Shown: one piece after another, positions 1 through 10,538 of the stretch
Layout: each line of letters begins with the position of its first letter
How positions within the stretch are numbered: the first letter of the stretch is position 1
Assembly (NCBI GenBank): GCA_036821645.1
Contig: DAISJD010000001.1
Coordinates: 1,700-65,699, forward strand
Reading direction: 5' to 3'
DNA: 64,000 bases
Source of the DNA: Aliidongia sp.
Lineage (GTDB): Bacteria; Pseudomonadota; Alphaproteobacteria; ATCC43930; CGMCC-115725
Translations under genes and position numbers: made by a program
Notes under the pieces: generated by a model
Database searches by the model: none
The model's input: only the letters and a program-made list of their open reading frames with translations
Told to the model about the DNA's origin: nothing

Positions 1-190
1 GCCCCACGATTTGCTATACTGGCTGATCACCGTGCAGGCTATCGCTCTCAAAACCTGTCTTTCTCACCCATGGCCGTGTTTTATCGACCCGGCCTGTGCT
101 GCCAGATCCGATGATCGCCCGCGATGATCGACAGGCGGCACGGCGATCCCGCCCCGCCAATCGGCCCACTCTTTTGTCATTGATGCTCCC

Positions 191-394
191 ATGGATCTTG
201 ATACCGAAGCGATTCGCGAAAAACTCACCAGCTTAAAAAGCGAGCATCGTGATTTGGATGACATCATCGCCCAACTCGCGCGGAGCGAGACGGCTGACCA
301 ATTGCAAATCCAACGGTTCAAAAAGCGCAAACTCGCCCTGAAAGACCACATGGCGCGGCTTGAAAGCATGTTGTTGCCCGACATCATCGCCTAA
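191..394 (+). CDS. DUF465 (YdcH-like) small coiled-coil protein
   Basis: 67-aa ORF. The charged helical sequence (LTSLKSEHRDLDDIIAQL...RFKKRKLALKD) is typical of the DUF465 family. Family recalled from memory. Confidence 0.6.
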   Translation: MDLDTEAIREKLTSLKSEHRDLDDIIAQLARSETADQLQIQRFKKRKLALKDHMARLESMLLPDIIA

Positions 395-416
395 AACGGG
401 CCCAACCCCACCCAGA

Positions 417-1019
417 TCAGGGGGAAACATGGGCAAGCACTTCGAGGCCACCCTGGTGGATCATCGACAGCGCAACGCCCGTCACGATCAAGAGCCCAAA
501 CCAGACGATGACGGGATAGCGCTGGAGCAAGCGGGCAATCAAGGTCGAGGCGAATCCCATCAAGGCGATCGACAAAACCAACCCCACGACCATGGCTTCC
601 ACATGATCGCGTGCCGTCCCGGCGACGGCCAACACATTGTCGAGCGACATCGAAATATCGGCGAGAACGATCTGCACCAAGGCGGTTTTCAGGCTCTTCG
701 GACGGTCCGCCGTATCGGAACTGCCCGCCATATTTGAGGCCCGGCTGTGCAAAATCTCGCGCAGCATCTTCCACGCAACCCACAGCAACAGCAACCCACC
801 GGCAAGGGTCAATCCGATGAGGGTCAAAAGATTGACGGCCACAAATGAAAATGAAAGGCGCAACACCGTCGCAACGGCAATGCCATAGAAAATGGCCCGA
901 CGCCGATCTGCCTCTTTGAGGCCAGCTGCCGCCATCCCAACAACGATCGCATTGTCGCCTGCCAAGGCAACATCGATCAACACCACCTGCATGAGCACGA
1001 AAAGACTATTTAAATCCAA
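417..1019 (-). CDS. TerC/YjbE-family integral membrane protein
   Basis: 200 aa with multiple TM helices. Duplicated signature DVALAGDNAIVVG / DISMSLDNVLAVAG. TTG start preceded by a GGTGAGGA Shine-Dalgarno. Confidence 0.75.
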   Translation of the reverse strand: MDLNSLFVLMQVVLIDVALAGDNAIVVGMAAAGLKEADRRRAIFYGIAVATVLRLSFSFVAVNLLTLIGLTLAGGLLLLWVAWKMLREILHSRASNMAGSSDTADRPKSLKTALVQIVLADISMSLDNVLAVAGTARDHVEAMVVGLVLSIALMGFASTLIARLLQRYPVIVWFGLLIVTGVALSMIHQGGLEVLAHVSP

Positions 1020-1226
1020 AACATCCTCACCTGTGTTGTCTGGCCCGCACCATAACGGGCATCACACTGCTGCACACCCTCGATCGGTGGCCCGAACCAC
1101 GGCGCAACGATCGGCGGATCGGGCGATGTGTATCTAAATCTCGTGTTTTTTCCGTGGCAACGACAGGTCCCGACACTTTATTTATCCGGTCTTGAGGGCC
1201 ACTCGACTGTCGATCGCCGCAGCCTC

Positions 1227-1718
1227 TCACCCCAAAAGCGACCGCAACCCGGCATAATCGCCCCCGGCATAGACGAGGGGTGCTCCCTCGTCAGAAAGCC
1301 GGACGGCAACGACTTCGGCAATGAAGATCGTATGCGTCCCGGCGGGAATCGCAGCCGTCACACGACAATCGAACACGGCATAAGCCCCGATCAAGGTCGG
1401 TGCCCCGGTTTCGAGCGGTGCCCAATCCCCATGGGTAAACCGTTCCGCCATCGCCAAGCTACCGCCGAAGCGGGCCGCATGGTCGCGATCCTTTTCGGCC
1501 AGGATATTGACTGCCAGAATGCGCGCATCCTGCAACGCATCATGGGCTTGGGTTTTTTGATTGACGCAACAGAGCAACGTCGGCGGCTCTGCCGTAACCG
1601 AACAAACGGCCGTTGCCGTAAGGCCACGCCAATCCTGATCGATGGCCGTCGTCACGATTGAAACACCGGCGGCCAACCGACGCATCCCGGCTTTAAACTG
1701 ATCCGCTTTCTGCGTCAT
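1227..1718 (-). CDS. flavin reductase-like FMN-binding protein
   Basis: 163 aa. GVSIVTT...GLTATAVCSVTAEPPTLLCCVN pattern of the flavin reductase split-barrel domain. Confidence 0.7.
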   Translation of the reverse strand: MTQKADQFKAGMRRLAAGVSIVTTAIDQDWRGLTATAVCSVTAEPPTLLCCVNQKTQAHDALQDARILAVNILAEKDRDHAARFGGSLAMAERFTHGDWAPLETGAPTLIGAYAVFDCRVTAAIPAGTHTIFIAEVVAVRLSDEGAPLVYAGGDYAGLRSLLG

Positions 1719-2022
1719 GGCTCCATTCCGTCGTCAACAATGACTCTGCGCCCATCGATGGGGTTTGTCGGGCATTGAGCCTACCGTCATCACCCACCAA
1801 ATCGATCAAAGATGGCGGATATAAACTATATTGCAAGAGGCACCAGTCCCCCAGAAAGCTGCCCCCCATTCTGCGCAACCATCGGACGGATTGCCGTCCC
1901 TCCCTCATAAAAGCGCATGCTCGCAATTCTCTGGTAATAGTTTTCACGCTATAGAAGGGATATCGTCGCCCTGCGCCATGATTTTGGCCCCATGCGGCAC
2001 TAGAAACGATTGGCCGATTGCC

Positions 2023-2949
2023 ATGCGCCTAAAATTCGTCGCTGCTGAAAATCCCGATGAGACCGCGTTTCTCTCCGCCCTTGCCGAGCATGGCGATATG
2101 CTGCTGGTCGATGACGAGGTGAATGCCGACGGGTGTTTTGCGTTCTTGACCAAAGCCTCTCTCGCAACGCCCGTCGTGACGGATCGCGATCGGATTGCCA
2201 CCGCGCTTACCTGGCACGGGGTGGAGCAGCCATTTTTAGGCACACTTTTAGCGGCCTTATCAACAAAGGGCGGGCAAAAGCGACGACTCGCCGGGGCCTT
2301 GCGCGCCACCTTGCGCTTTACCGAACTGCCGCCGGCCGATCGCAGTCGATTCATGCTGGTCGGTCCGCCCGCCGCTGGAAAAACCACCTTAGTCGCCAAA
2401 TTGGCGGCACGTCCGGGCGAGAAAATTCCGGCGATTTTCACCACCGACTGGGTCCGTCCGGGTGGATTTGAGCAGTTGGCCGAATTTTTACGGGTCCTCG
2501 GACACGAACCCATCGCCTTGGACCCGGACCATCTCTTACGGACGACCGCCCACGGCATGGACCCGGACGATCCGATTGCGACGGGCCCGGTGCTCATCGA
2601 TACCGGGGGGATCGACGGTCACGATCACGCCGCCTGGTCCCAGTTGGGACAACTCGCCGCATCTCTCAATGTCGAACCGATTCTCGTCCTGCCGGCACCG
2701 ATTGCCCCGGACGAGGCCCAGTGCTTTGCCGAAGCCGCGATCACGATCGGGGCCAAAAAACTGATCGCAACCCGCCTCGATATCGGTCACCGAATGGGAG
2801 CCTTGCTCAAGGCCGCCCATTGCGGTCTGGCCTTGGCCGGTGGATGCACGACACCGCATTTTTCCTTCGGGCTGAAAACCTTGACGCCAGCCCTCACCGC
2901 CCACCACCTCCTCCTCAGTAGCAGCCCACACACAAATCCGTCAGCATGA
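2023..2949 (+). CDS. FlhF-like SRP-type (SIMIBI) GTPase
   Basis: ORF 1831-2949 trimmed to ATG 2023. P-loop GPPAAGKTT, plus DTGG and TRLD motifs. Function tentative; there are no flagellar neighbours. Confidence 0.5.
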   Translation: MRLKFVAAENPDETAFLSALAEHGDMLLVDDEVNADGCFAFLTKASLATPVVTDRDRIATALTWHGVEQPFLGTLLAALSTKGGQKRRLAGALRATLRFTELPPADRSRFMLVGPPAAGKTTLVAKLAARPGEKIPAIFTTDWVRPGGFEQLAEFLRVLGHEPIALDPDHLLRTTAHGMDPDDPIATGPVLIDTGGIDGHDHAAWSQLGQLAASLNVEPILVLPAPIAPDEAQCFAEAAITIGAKKLIATRLDIGHRMGALLKAAHCGLALAGGCTTPHFSFGLKTLTPALTAHHLLLSSSPHTNPSA

Positions 2950-2990
2950 ACCGACATGAGGACGTCATGCACAAACTATTGGTCGTTTGA

Positions 2991-3602
2991 TTAGGGCCGT
3001 TCGTTGGGCAGCAGCGAGTCCCGCCGCGCGCGCCGCGCGCGCCAGCGCAGGTAAAGCACGATCACCGCAACGAAGGTGAGAAACGCGGCCAAGGCACCAT
3101 ATTGGGCGATCGGCCCCCAGGACCCAATGGTCTCGCTGATCGCGGCACCGAAAAAATAACCGGTCACGACGAAGCTCAACGACCAAATCCCGGCACCGAT
3201 GAAATTCAAGAACATAAACCGCTTGATACTCATATCCGAAAGGCCGATCGCCACGGATGAGAAATTTCTGATTCCATAGATAAATCTGAAGGTTAAAACA
3301 AAAACCGTGCCCCATTCCCGCACCCAGCGATGCACCATGTCGATACGGCTTTGCACACCGGGATAATGACGCAGAACCGGCGGCCCCAGAATGCGCCCGG
3401 CAAAGAACCATGTCTGATCGCCGCAATAGCTGCCGAGCCATGCGCAGATGCAGAGATAATAAGGATTTATCAACCCATTGGCTGCCGCGATCGCGGCAAA
3501 AAAGACGAAAGTCTCACCTTCAAAGAACGTCCATGCGACCGTCAGAAAATAAAACCACAGGGGATTCTGTCGAATGGTATCGATCACCCAATCCATAGAC
3601 AT
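2991..3602 (-). CDS. DedA family membrane protein
   Basis: 203 aa, TM-rich. FFEGETFVFFAAIAAANG and YCGDQTWFFAGR motifs are typical of DedA/SNARE-associated proteins. Confidence 0.75.
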   Translation of the reverse strand: MSMDWVIDTIRQNPLWFYFLTVAWTFFEGETFVFFAAIAAANGLINPYYLCICAWLGSYCGDQTWFFAGRILGPPVLRHYPGVQSRIDMVHRWVREWGTVFVLTFRFIYGIRNFSSVAIGLSDMSIKRFMFLNFIGAGIWSLSFVVTGYFFGAAISETIGSWGPIAQYGALAAFLTFVAVIVLYLRWRARRARRDSLLPNERP

Positions 3603-3959
3603 TCAGAGCTTCGCCTTATGTGCCGTCGCACGTTATGCCGTTTTGCATCGTTGCGTCATAAAACAGAACCGTGGCGAGCCCACCCTTGCGGATCCGACCG
3701 ACCTTGCGGCACTCTCCTCGCCCATCATGATGCGTGCCCCTTGATAGATCCTTACATTAGGCTCCGATTTCAAGTGGTGTTTTACAGATTTGGTACTTTA
3801 GGGGTGATCTCACGGTTTTCTGATGTCGGAAACCTTAAAAAAATTTAATCCCGAAGTCGCGACATTTTCAGAAAAAAAAGCGCATCTTATTGGTCAGTTC
3901 TCTATCGAGATGCGATACAATCCCGATCGTATTTTTTGGTACCAGGAGACGTTTTGTCG

Positions 3960-5585
3960 ATGATACGCCCTCTTCTTTCCCCTTGGGTACCAACCGGCCG
4001 CGCCAAAAATGCCTTGCTCGCCCTTGGGCTCGGCACGGCGCTCGCGGTCTGTCCCATCCCTTTTGCACCGAATGCAAATGCGGCAGCGGCCAACGCGACC
4101 CCCGGCAGCCTTGCTGAAAAACTGCCGAGTTTCGCACCGATCGTCGACCGGGTCGTCCCGGCCGTCGTCAACATCTCCGTCGTCCAAAAGGCGGGTGCGG
4201 CCCGCCCGGACGATCAAGGCGATGGCGAAGACGACGAAGACGAAGCGCCGACGCCGCGCCGCAATCCCCATAGCGGTCCGGGTGGCCCCGGCTTTCCGCA
4301 ACCGGGCCCTGGCGGCACGCCGTTCGACGATTTCCTGCGCCGCTTCTTCGAATTCGATCAGCAGCAACGCCGGGGCGCCGCCCCGCCGCAGGGCGGTCAG
4401 CGGGCCATGGCCTTGGGATCCGGGTTCATCATCGATGCCAGCGGCTATGTCGTGACCAACAATCACGTGGTCGGCGATGCGGAAAAAGTCACCGTGATTT
4501 TTGCCGACGACACGCGTCATCCGGCAAAAATCATCGGCAAGGATCCGCGCACCGATCTTGCCGTCTTGAAGATCGATGCGCCGCAACCGCTGCCTTTCGT
4601 CAAATTCGGCGATAGCGATACGGCCAAGGTGGGCGATTGGGTCATCGCGGTCGGCAATCCGTTCGGTTTGGGCGGCACCGTCACCAAGGGGATCATTTCG
4701 GCGCGCGGTCGTCCAATCGCCGATTCGAGCTATGTCGACTATCTCCAGATCGATGCGTCGATCAATCGCGGCAATTCCGGCGGTCCGACCTTCGATCTCG
4801 ACGGCAACGTCATCGGAATCAATACCGCGATATATTCGCCCAATGGCGGGTCGGTCGGCATCGGTTTCGCCATTCCCTCCAATACGGCGAAATCCGTGAT
4901 CGAACAGCTCAAGACGAGCGGTCAAGTCAGTCGCGGTTGGCTTGGGGTGCAAATTCAAGAAGTCACCGCCGAAATCGCAAGCTCGCTCGGCCTCGATCAC
5001 CCGGCCGGGGCCTTGGTTGCCGCCGTCGTCGACAACAGCCCCGCCGCCAAGGCGGGTGTCAAAGTCGGCGATTTGATCCAGAAATTCGACGGCAAGCCCG
5101 TCGAAAAGAGCCGCGACCTGTCGCGCTATGTCGCAGAAACCACGATCGGCAAAAAAGCCGATCTGCAATTGCTGCATGAAGGCAAACCCGCAACCCTTCA
5201 AGTCGCCATTGAAAAACTCGACGAAGGCAAGGTTGCAAGCCGGACCGACAATGCCGACGACCAGGACGATAAGGCCAACAAACTGACCGCCCTCGGCGTC
5301 AGCGTCACGAGCCTGACGGCCGATGCACGCAAGCGTCTCAATGTGCCGAAAGACGTACAGGGCGTCTTGGTCAGCCGCGTCAAGGCGGGCAGTCCCGCAG
5401 CGGAACGCGGTCTTGAGGCGGGCGACGTCATCGTCCAGGTCAATAGTCAACCGGTCGCCAAACCGGAAGACATCGCAACCCTGTTGAAACCCACGCCGCA
5501 ACCGGGCAAGGCCGTCCTGTTGTTGATCAGCAGGCGCGGTCAGAACGTCTTCATCGCCATTCCCCCTGAAGAGAAAAAGGGATAA
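3960..5585 (+). CDS. degP: periplasmic serine endoprotease DegP/HtrA (Do family), two PDZ domains
   Basis: Catalytic-triad context GSGFIIDASGYVVTNNHVV ... DLAVLKI ... GNSGGPTFD, with a signal-like N-terminus. ATG 3960 preferred over TTG 3936 because of an AGGAGA about 10 nt upstream. Confidence 0.85.
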   Translation: MIRPLLSPWVPTGRAKNALLALGLGTALAVCPIPFAPNANAAAANATPGSLAEKLPSFAPIVDRVVPAVVNISVVQKAGAARPDDQGDGEDDEDEAPTPRRNPHSGPGGPGFPQPGPGGTPFDDFLRRFFEFDQQQRRGAAPPQGGQRAMALGSGFIIDASGYVVTNNHVVGDAEKVTVIFADDTRHPAKIIGKDPRTDLAVLKIDAPQPLPFVKFGDSDTAKVGDWVIAVGNPFGLGGTVTKGIISARGRPIADSSYVDYLQIDASINRGNSGGPTFDLDGNVIGINTAIYSPNGGSVGIGFAIPSNTAKSVIEQLKTSGQVSRGWLGVQIQEVTAEIASSLGLDHPAGALVAAVVDNSPAAKAGVKVGDLIQKFDGKPVEKSRDLSRYVAETTIGKKADLQLLHEGKPATLQVAIEKLDEGKVASRTDNADDQDDKANKLTALGVSVTSLTADARKRLNVPKDVQGVLVSRVKAGSPAAERGLEAGDVIVQVNSQPVAKPEDIATLLKPTPQPGKAVLLLISRRGQNVFIAIPPEEKKG

Positions 5586-5728
5586 GCCTTGACGGCGTGA
5601 GAGACGCGCTTACGGCGGCATTCATGCCAAACGGACTTGCCGCCGTAAGCCATATAAACGCTAAAAACGGCGACCCTCCTCTCAGAAGAGGGCGTCGTTC
5701 ACTTCCCCTCCAAGATCGAGACGACATC

Positions 5729-6406
5729 ATGAAGCTCTTGGTCGTTGAAGATGATCGCGAGGCTGCCGCCTTTCTCGTCAAGGGTTTGCGTGAAAGCGGC
5801 CATACGGTCGACCATGCGGGCGATGGCCGTCAGGGTTTGTTTCTCGCCATGTCGGAAACGTTCGACGCCATGATCATCGACCGGATGCTGCCCGGTCTTG
5901 ATGGGCTGTCGATCATCGCGGCCCTGCGGGCGGCGGAAAACGTCACCCCGGTCCTCATCCTGTCCGCCCTCGACGCGGTAGACGACCGTGTGCGCGGGCT
6001 CAAGGCGGGCGGCGATGATTACCTCACCAAACCCTTTGCCTTTTCCGAACTGCAAGCCCGGCTCGAAGCCCTGTTGCGGCGCGGATCGCCCGCCAAAACC
6101 CAGACGAAGATTCGGGTCGGCGATATGGAAATCGATCTCTTGGCCAGGATCGTGCGCCGGGGCGATCAAGAAATCGAACTTCTGCCGCGCGAATTTCGTT
6201 TGCTCGAAGTATTGGCCCGTCATGCCGATAATGTCGTGACCCGCACCATGCTGTTGGAACAAGTTTGGGATTACCACTTCGATCCCCAAACCAACGTGAT
6301 CGACGTCCATATCAGTCGGCTGCGCCAAAAAATCGACAAGGGTTTCGACAAACCAATGCTGCATACGGTACGGGGGGCAGGATACTGCCTGAGAGCCTTT
6401 GATTGA
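5729..6406 (+). CDS. OmpR-family response regulator
   Basis: MKLLVVEDD receiver start, DDYLTKPF, and a winged-helix C-terminus (VVTRTMLLEQVWDYHFDPQTNVIDVHISRLRQKI). ORF trimmed to ATG 5729. Confidence 0.85.
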   Translation: MKLLVVEDDREAAAFLVKGLRESGHTVDHAGDGRQGLFLAMSETFDAMIIDRMLPGLDGLSIIAALRAAENVTPVLILSALDAVDDRVRGLKAGGDDYLTKPFAFSELQARLEALLRRGSPAKTQTKIRVGDMEIDLLARIVRRGDQEIELLPREFRLLEVLARHADNVVTRTMLLEQVWDYHFDPQTNVIDVHISRLRQKIDKGFDKPMLHTVRGAGYCLRAFD

Positions 6407-7799
6407 ACTCTTTCGGACCAGTACGTTTCGACTTCTTCTGGTTTATTTCGGCCTGTTCGCCACCTCGATGCTGGTGGTCTTGGGCCTGATCTATTGGCAG
6501 ACGGTCGTCTATGCCGATCAACAGACCGATGAAACCATCGACGCCGAGATTACTGGTCTCGAAGAACAATATCGCCAACGGGGCCTGTCGGGGCTCGTCC
6601 AAGTCATCAGTGAACGGGCAAGCCCCGATCGGGGCGGATCCATTCTCTACCTCTTGACCGATGCCGATCTGCGGCCACTCGCGGGCAATCTCAGCCGCTG
6701 GCCGGATGTGACTGTCGGATCCGACGGGTGGATGCGCTTTACCCTCGATTCGCCGGAACCCGGCTCGAAACGCAAACGCCATGTGGCCCAGGCGACCAGT
6801 TTTCTCTTGGCCGGCAATTACCAGCTTCTGGTCGGTCGCGACCTCGCCGAACGCATGGCCCTGCAAGATCGCGTCACCGGTGCCCTGATCTCCGCCGGCA
6901 GCCTCACGCTGCTGCTCGGCATTTTGGGCGGCGTCTTGATGAGCCGGACGATTCTGGGTCGGCTTCAGGCGATCAATCGGGCCAGTGCGCGTGTGATGCA
7001 AGGCGATCTTAGCGAACGCATCCCGGAACGGGGCCGCAACGATGAATTCGATCAGGTCGCCCGCACCCTGAACGCCATGCTGGACAAGATCGAACGGCTG
7101 ATGGCGGGCATGCGCCAAGTGACGGACAATATCGCCCATGATCTGAGATCGCCGTTAAGCCGCCTGCGCAGTCGCATCGAAATGACCCTGCGCAATCCGG
7201 CGGATATGGATCATTATCGCGCCACCCTGCACGATACGATCGCCGATGCGGATCAGTTGCTCGCCACTTTTTCAGCATTGCTCGATATCGCCGAAGCCGA
7301 AGCCGGCAGCCCGCGCGCCGTGATGGGGCCGGTCGATTTCGGCACCTTGGTCCGCGATCTCGTCGATCTCTACGAGCCGGTGATCGACGATCAAGGCCAT
7401 GGGCTGACCGTGGAAATCCCCGATAGCCCCACCTTCGTTCAGGGCAATCAACCGTTTTTGAGCCGGGTCATCGTCAATCTGTTGGAAAATGCCCTGAAAT
7501 ATACCCCAAGCCCTGGGATGATCCGCATCGCCCTTTCTCAAACACAAAGCAGCGTCATCCTGACGATCGCCGACAGCGGGCCCGGCATCCCAGAAGCGGC
7601 GCGCGAACGGGTGTTCGAGCGGTTCTTTCGGCTGGAATCGAGCCGTACGACGGAAGGCAACGGCCTTGGGCTTTCGCTCGTCAAAGCCGTCGTCCGGCTC
7701 CATGGCGGCACCATTCGTCTTACCGATCGCGATCCAGGTGCGACCATGCCGGGCTTGGCCGCTATCGTGACTTTGCCGCGCCTTGTGGTAAATCCTTAA
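6399..7799 (+). CDS. sensor histidine kinase (2 TM, HAMP, HisKA, HATPase_c)
   Basis: Overlaps the regulator stop. H-box NIAHDLRSPLS, N-box NLLENALKYT, G-box DSGPGI...GNGLGLSL. Confidence 0.8.
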   Translation: MIELFRTSTFRLLLVYFGLFATSMLVVLGLIYWQTVVYADQQTDETIDAEITGLEEQYRQRGLSGLVQVISERASPDRGGSILYLLTDADLRPLAGNLSRWPDVTVGSDGWMRFTLDSPEPGSKRKRHVAQATSFLLAGNYQLLVGRDLAERMALQDRVTGALISAGSLTLLLGILGGVLMSRTILGRLQAINRASARVMQGDLSERIPERGRNDEFDQVARTLNAMLDKIERLMAGMRQVTDNIAHDLRSPLSRLRSRIEMTLRNPADMDHYRATLHDTIADADQLLATFSALLDIAEAEAGSPRAVMGPVDFGTLVRDLVDLYEPVIDDQGHGLTVEIPDSPTFVQGNQPFLSRVIVNLLENALKYTPSPGMIRIALSQTQSSVILTIADSGPGIPEAARERVFERFFRLESSRTTEGNGLGLSLVKAVVRLHGGTIRLTDRDPGATMPGLAAIVTLPRLVVNP

Positions 7800-7846
7800 A
7801 TCTTTCTGCGCGCACGCGATGCGGCATTGCGAGAGTATCTCTTATC

Positions 7847-9004
7847 GTGCTTTTCGATTTGCTTTACTGGCCCGGTTCGATCCTCCTAATCTTGGCTGGC
7901 GCTGGGTGCGTCTATCTCGCGATCGCCCTCGTCGCGGTCTGGCGGTTCAGCAGCACACCGCTGCCGACAGCATCCCACCATCCATCGGTCGTGATTCTGA
8001 AGCCGGTTTGCGGTGCCGATCCTGGACTTTACGAAAATTTGGTCTCCTTCGCCCGTCAATCCTACCGGGGGCCGGTGCAGATGGTGATCGGCGCCCATCG
8101 GGACAGCGATCCGGCGGTTGCCGTCGCCCGCCAAGTCATCGCCGATCTGCCCGAACGGGACATCCATCTCGTGATCGACGAGACGCTGGGCGGCACAAAC
8201 TATAAAATTTGCAACCTGCAAAACATGATGGCCGTGGTCAAACCCTATGACATTCTGGTCATCGCCGACAGCGACATGCGCGCTGAACCGCATTATCTGG
8301 AGTCGGTGACGACGCCGCTTCAAGATCCGGGCAACGGGCTCGTCACCTGTCTCTATCGCGGGCATTCGACCGGGGGATTGAGTTCGGATTTCGGGGCGGC
8401 CCACATCAATTTCGGGTTCCTGCCTTCCGTTTTGGTCGGCCGTCTGTTCGGGGGGGCGGCCGGTTGCTTCGGGGCGACGATGGTAATCCGACGCACGACC
8501 TTCGCGGCGATCGGGGGGTTTGCCGCCCTGATCAACCATCTGGCCGACGATTATATGTTGGGCCTTTATGTCCGCGCACAGGGTTTAAAAACCGTTTTAT
8601 CCCGTTATATCATCGACGATTACGTGCTGGAGCCCGATTTCAAAAGCCTGTTTGCCCACGAACTGCGCTGGCACCGCACGATCCGGTCGATTACCCCCTT
8701 GGGCCTTGCCGGATCGATCCTGACCAATCCCGTCGGCCTCGCACTTATCGCACTGCCGCTGAGTGGCTTCGCCGCCAGTGCATGGCTTATTCTCTTCGCA
8801 AGCTTGGCGACGCGCACCGCTCTGATATATAGCTGTTGCTTCGCCTTGGGACAGAGGCCATTGTCGCCGGTCTGGATACCGGCCCGCGACGCCTTGACAC
8901 TGGTGATCTTGATCGCCAGTTTCTTCGGGCATCGCGTGACGTGGCGCAACAGTGCCTTTCACGTCGGCGATACTGGTGAATTGACCCTGGAGCAGGACGT
9001 CTGA
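7847..9004 (+). CDS. hpnI: hopanoid-associated glycosyltransferase HpnI (GT2-like)
   Basis: 385 aa. N-terminal TM, then VVILKPVCG and DSDM motifs of ceramide-glucosyltransferase-like GT2 enzymes. Sits directly upstream of hpnJ-hpnK. Confidence 0.65.
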   Translation: MLFDLLYWPGSILLILAGAGCVYLAIALVAVWRFSSTPLPTASHHPSVVILKPVCGADPGLYENLVSFARQSYRGPVQMVIGAHRDSDPAVAVARQVIADLPERDIHLVIDETLGGTNYKICNLQNMMAVVKPYDILVIADSDMRAEPHYLESVTTPLQDPGNGLVTCLYRGHSTGGLSSDFGAAHINFGFLPSVLVGRLFGGAAGCFGATMVIRRTTFAAIGGFAALINHLADDYMLGLYVRAQGLKTVLSRYIIDDYVLEPDFKSLFAHELRWHRTIRSITPLGLAGSILTNPVGLALIALPLSGFAASAWLILFASLATRTALIYSCCFALGQRPLSPVWIPARDALTLVILIASFFGHRVTWRNSAFHVGDTGELTLEQDV

Positions 9005-9095
9005 CGCTTGCTCTTATTCAAGATGGTGGAAATCGATCGTTTGTGGGCCCGGTTCGGCCCTCGCAACGTCGCTTTCTCGTAGGAGATCTGTTGGC

Positions 9096-10529
9096 ATGAT
9101 GAAGACCCTGTTTCTGCAAGCGCCGTCCTTCGAAGGTTTCGACGGTGGTGCGGGGTCCCGGTACCAAGCCCGTCGCGAAATCAAGTCGTTCTGGTTTCCC
9201 ACATGGCTTGCCCAACCCGCCGCCCTGGTGCCCGGCTCGACCCTGATCGACGCCCCGCCCGCGCGCAAGAAACTGGCCGATGTCCTGCCGCTGGCCAAGA
9301 GCTTCGACCTCGCCGTCCTGCACACCTCGACCCCGTCTTTTGCCTCCGACGTCAAGGTCGCCGAAGCGATGAAGGCGGAAAATCCCAATCTCAAGATCGG
9401 CTTCGTCGGGGCTAAGGTCGCCGTCGAAGCTCATAAGAGCCTAGAAGCCGCCCCGATCGTCGATTTCGTCGCCCGCGAAGAGTTCGATTTCACCTTGAAA
9501 GAAATGGCCGAAGGTCAGGACTGGTCCAAGGTCAACGGCATCAGCTATCGCAATGCCGACGGCGTCATCGTCCATAACGACAATCGCGCCATCATCGAAA
9601 ATATGGACGAATTGCCCTTCGTCACCGAAGTCTATAAAAAGCATCTGCGGATCGAAGATTATTTCATCGGCTATCTGAAGCACCCGTATATTTCGATCTA
9701 TACCGGGCGCGGCTGCAAATCCCGCTGCACCTTCTGCCTCTGGCCCCAGACCGTGGGCGGCCATCGCTACCGCACCCGTTCCGTCGCCCATGTGATCGAA
9801 GAAATCAAGCTTGCGCGCCATTATTTCCCGCAAGTGAAAGAATTTTTCTTCGATGACGATACGTTCACCGACGATTTGCCCCGTGCCGAGGCGATTGCGC
9901 GCGAATTGGGCAAATTGGGCGTAACTTGGTCCTGCAATGCCAAGGCCAACGTCCCTTACGAAACCCTGAAGGTCCTGCGCGAGAATGGGTTGCGCCTGCT
10001 GTTGGTCGGCTATGAATCCGGCAATCAGCAGATCCTGCACAATATCAAGAAGGGCATGCGGATCGAAGTCGCCAAGGAATTCACCAAGAATTGCCATAAG
10101 CTCGGCATTACCATTCACGGCACCTTCATTCTGGGTTTGCCGGGTGAGACCAAGGAAACCATCGAAGAAACCATCAAATATGCGACGGAAATCAACCCGC
10201 ATACGATTCAGGTTTCACTGGCCGCCCCGTATCCCGGCACGTTCCTCTTCAATCAAGCAGTCGAAAATGGCTGGCTCGATATCGAACATGCCGACCTGAT
10301 CGACGAACATGGCGTGCAGATGGCCCCGTTGCACTATCCGCACTTGAGCCACACGGAAATATTCACCTCAGTAGAAACATTCTATCGTCGGTTCTATTTC
10401 CGGTCCGGCAAGATCGCTTCCCTCGTCGGCGAGATGATCATGAGCCCGACCATGATGCAGCGCCGTTTACGCGAAGGGGTGGAATTCTTCCAATTCCTGA
10501 ACGAACGTCGTCAGATCTCGAACGGTTAA
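9096..10529 (+). CDS. hpnJ: hopanoid biosynthesis radical SAM protein HpnJ
   Basis: 477 aa. N-terminus MMKTLFLQAPSFEGFDGGAGSRYQARREIKSFWFPTWLAQPAA and radical-SAM cluster CKSRCTFCLWP. AGGAGA SD upstream of the ATG. Confidence 0.75.
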   Translation: MMKTLFLQAPSFEGFDGGAGSRYQARREIKSFWFPTWLAQPAALVPGSTLIDAPPARKKLADVLPLAKSFDLAVLHTSTPSFASDVKVAEAMKAENPNLKIGFVGAKVAVEAHKSLEAAPIVDFVAREEFDFTLKEMAEGQDWSKVNGISYRNADGVIVHNDNRAIIENMDELPFVTEVYKKHLRIEDYFIGYLKHPYISIYTGRGCKSRCTFCLWPQTVGGHRYRTRSVAHVIEEIKLARHYFPQVKEFFFDDDTFTDDLPRAEAIARELGKLGVTWSCNAKANVPYETLKVLRENGLRLLLVGYESGNQQILHNIKKGMRIEVAKEFTKNCHKLGITIHGTFILGLPGETKETIEETIKYATEINPHTIQVSLAAPYPGTFLFNQAVENGWLDIEHADLIDEHGVQMAPLHYPHLSHTEIFTSVETFYRRFYFRSGKIASLVGEMIMSPTMMQRRLREGVEFFQFLNERRQISNG

Positions 10530-10538
10530 GGTCAGACC

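Noticed and set aside
1-190. Possible gene fragments running off the left edge of the window.
   Set aside because: Only about 35-codon open stretches in two + frames and a weak GTG start on the minus strand. There is too little sequence to support any call.
1020-1226. Possible yybP-ykoY (Mn2+) riboswitch in the 5' leader of the TerC-family gene.
   Set aside because: TerC genes often carry this element. However, I could not find the conserved GGGGAGUAG and UUGACAUA blocks in the reverse complement of this leader. Only a lone CAAGACC is present, which is not enough.
3894-5501. Long antisense ORFs opposite well-supported genes. Examples: 3894-5501(-) vs degP, 10467-11414(-) vs hpnK, 22153-23127(-) vs the epimerase, 37639-38619(+) vs ribBA, 41144-42172(+) vs glyA, 46367-47767(+) vs ahcY, 54911-55846(-) and 56356-57423(-) vs ccm genes, 61767-62609(-) and 63015-63767(-) vs the cNMP/FAD ORF.
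   Set aside because: These are typical GC-rich shadow frames. Their translations are Arg/Gly/Pro/Ala-rich with no recognisable motifs, while the opposite strand encodes clearly conserved proteins.
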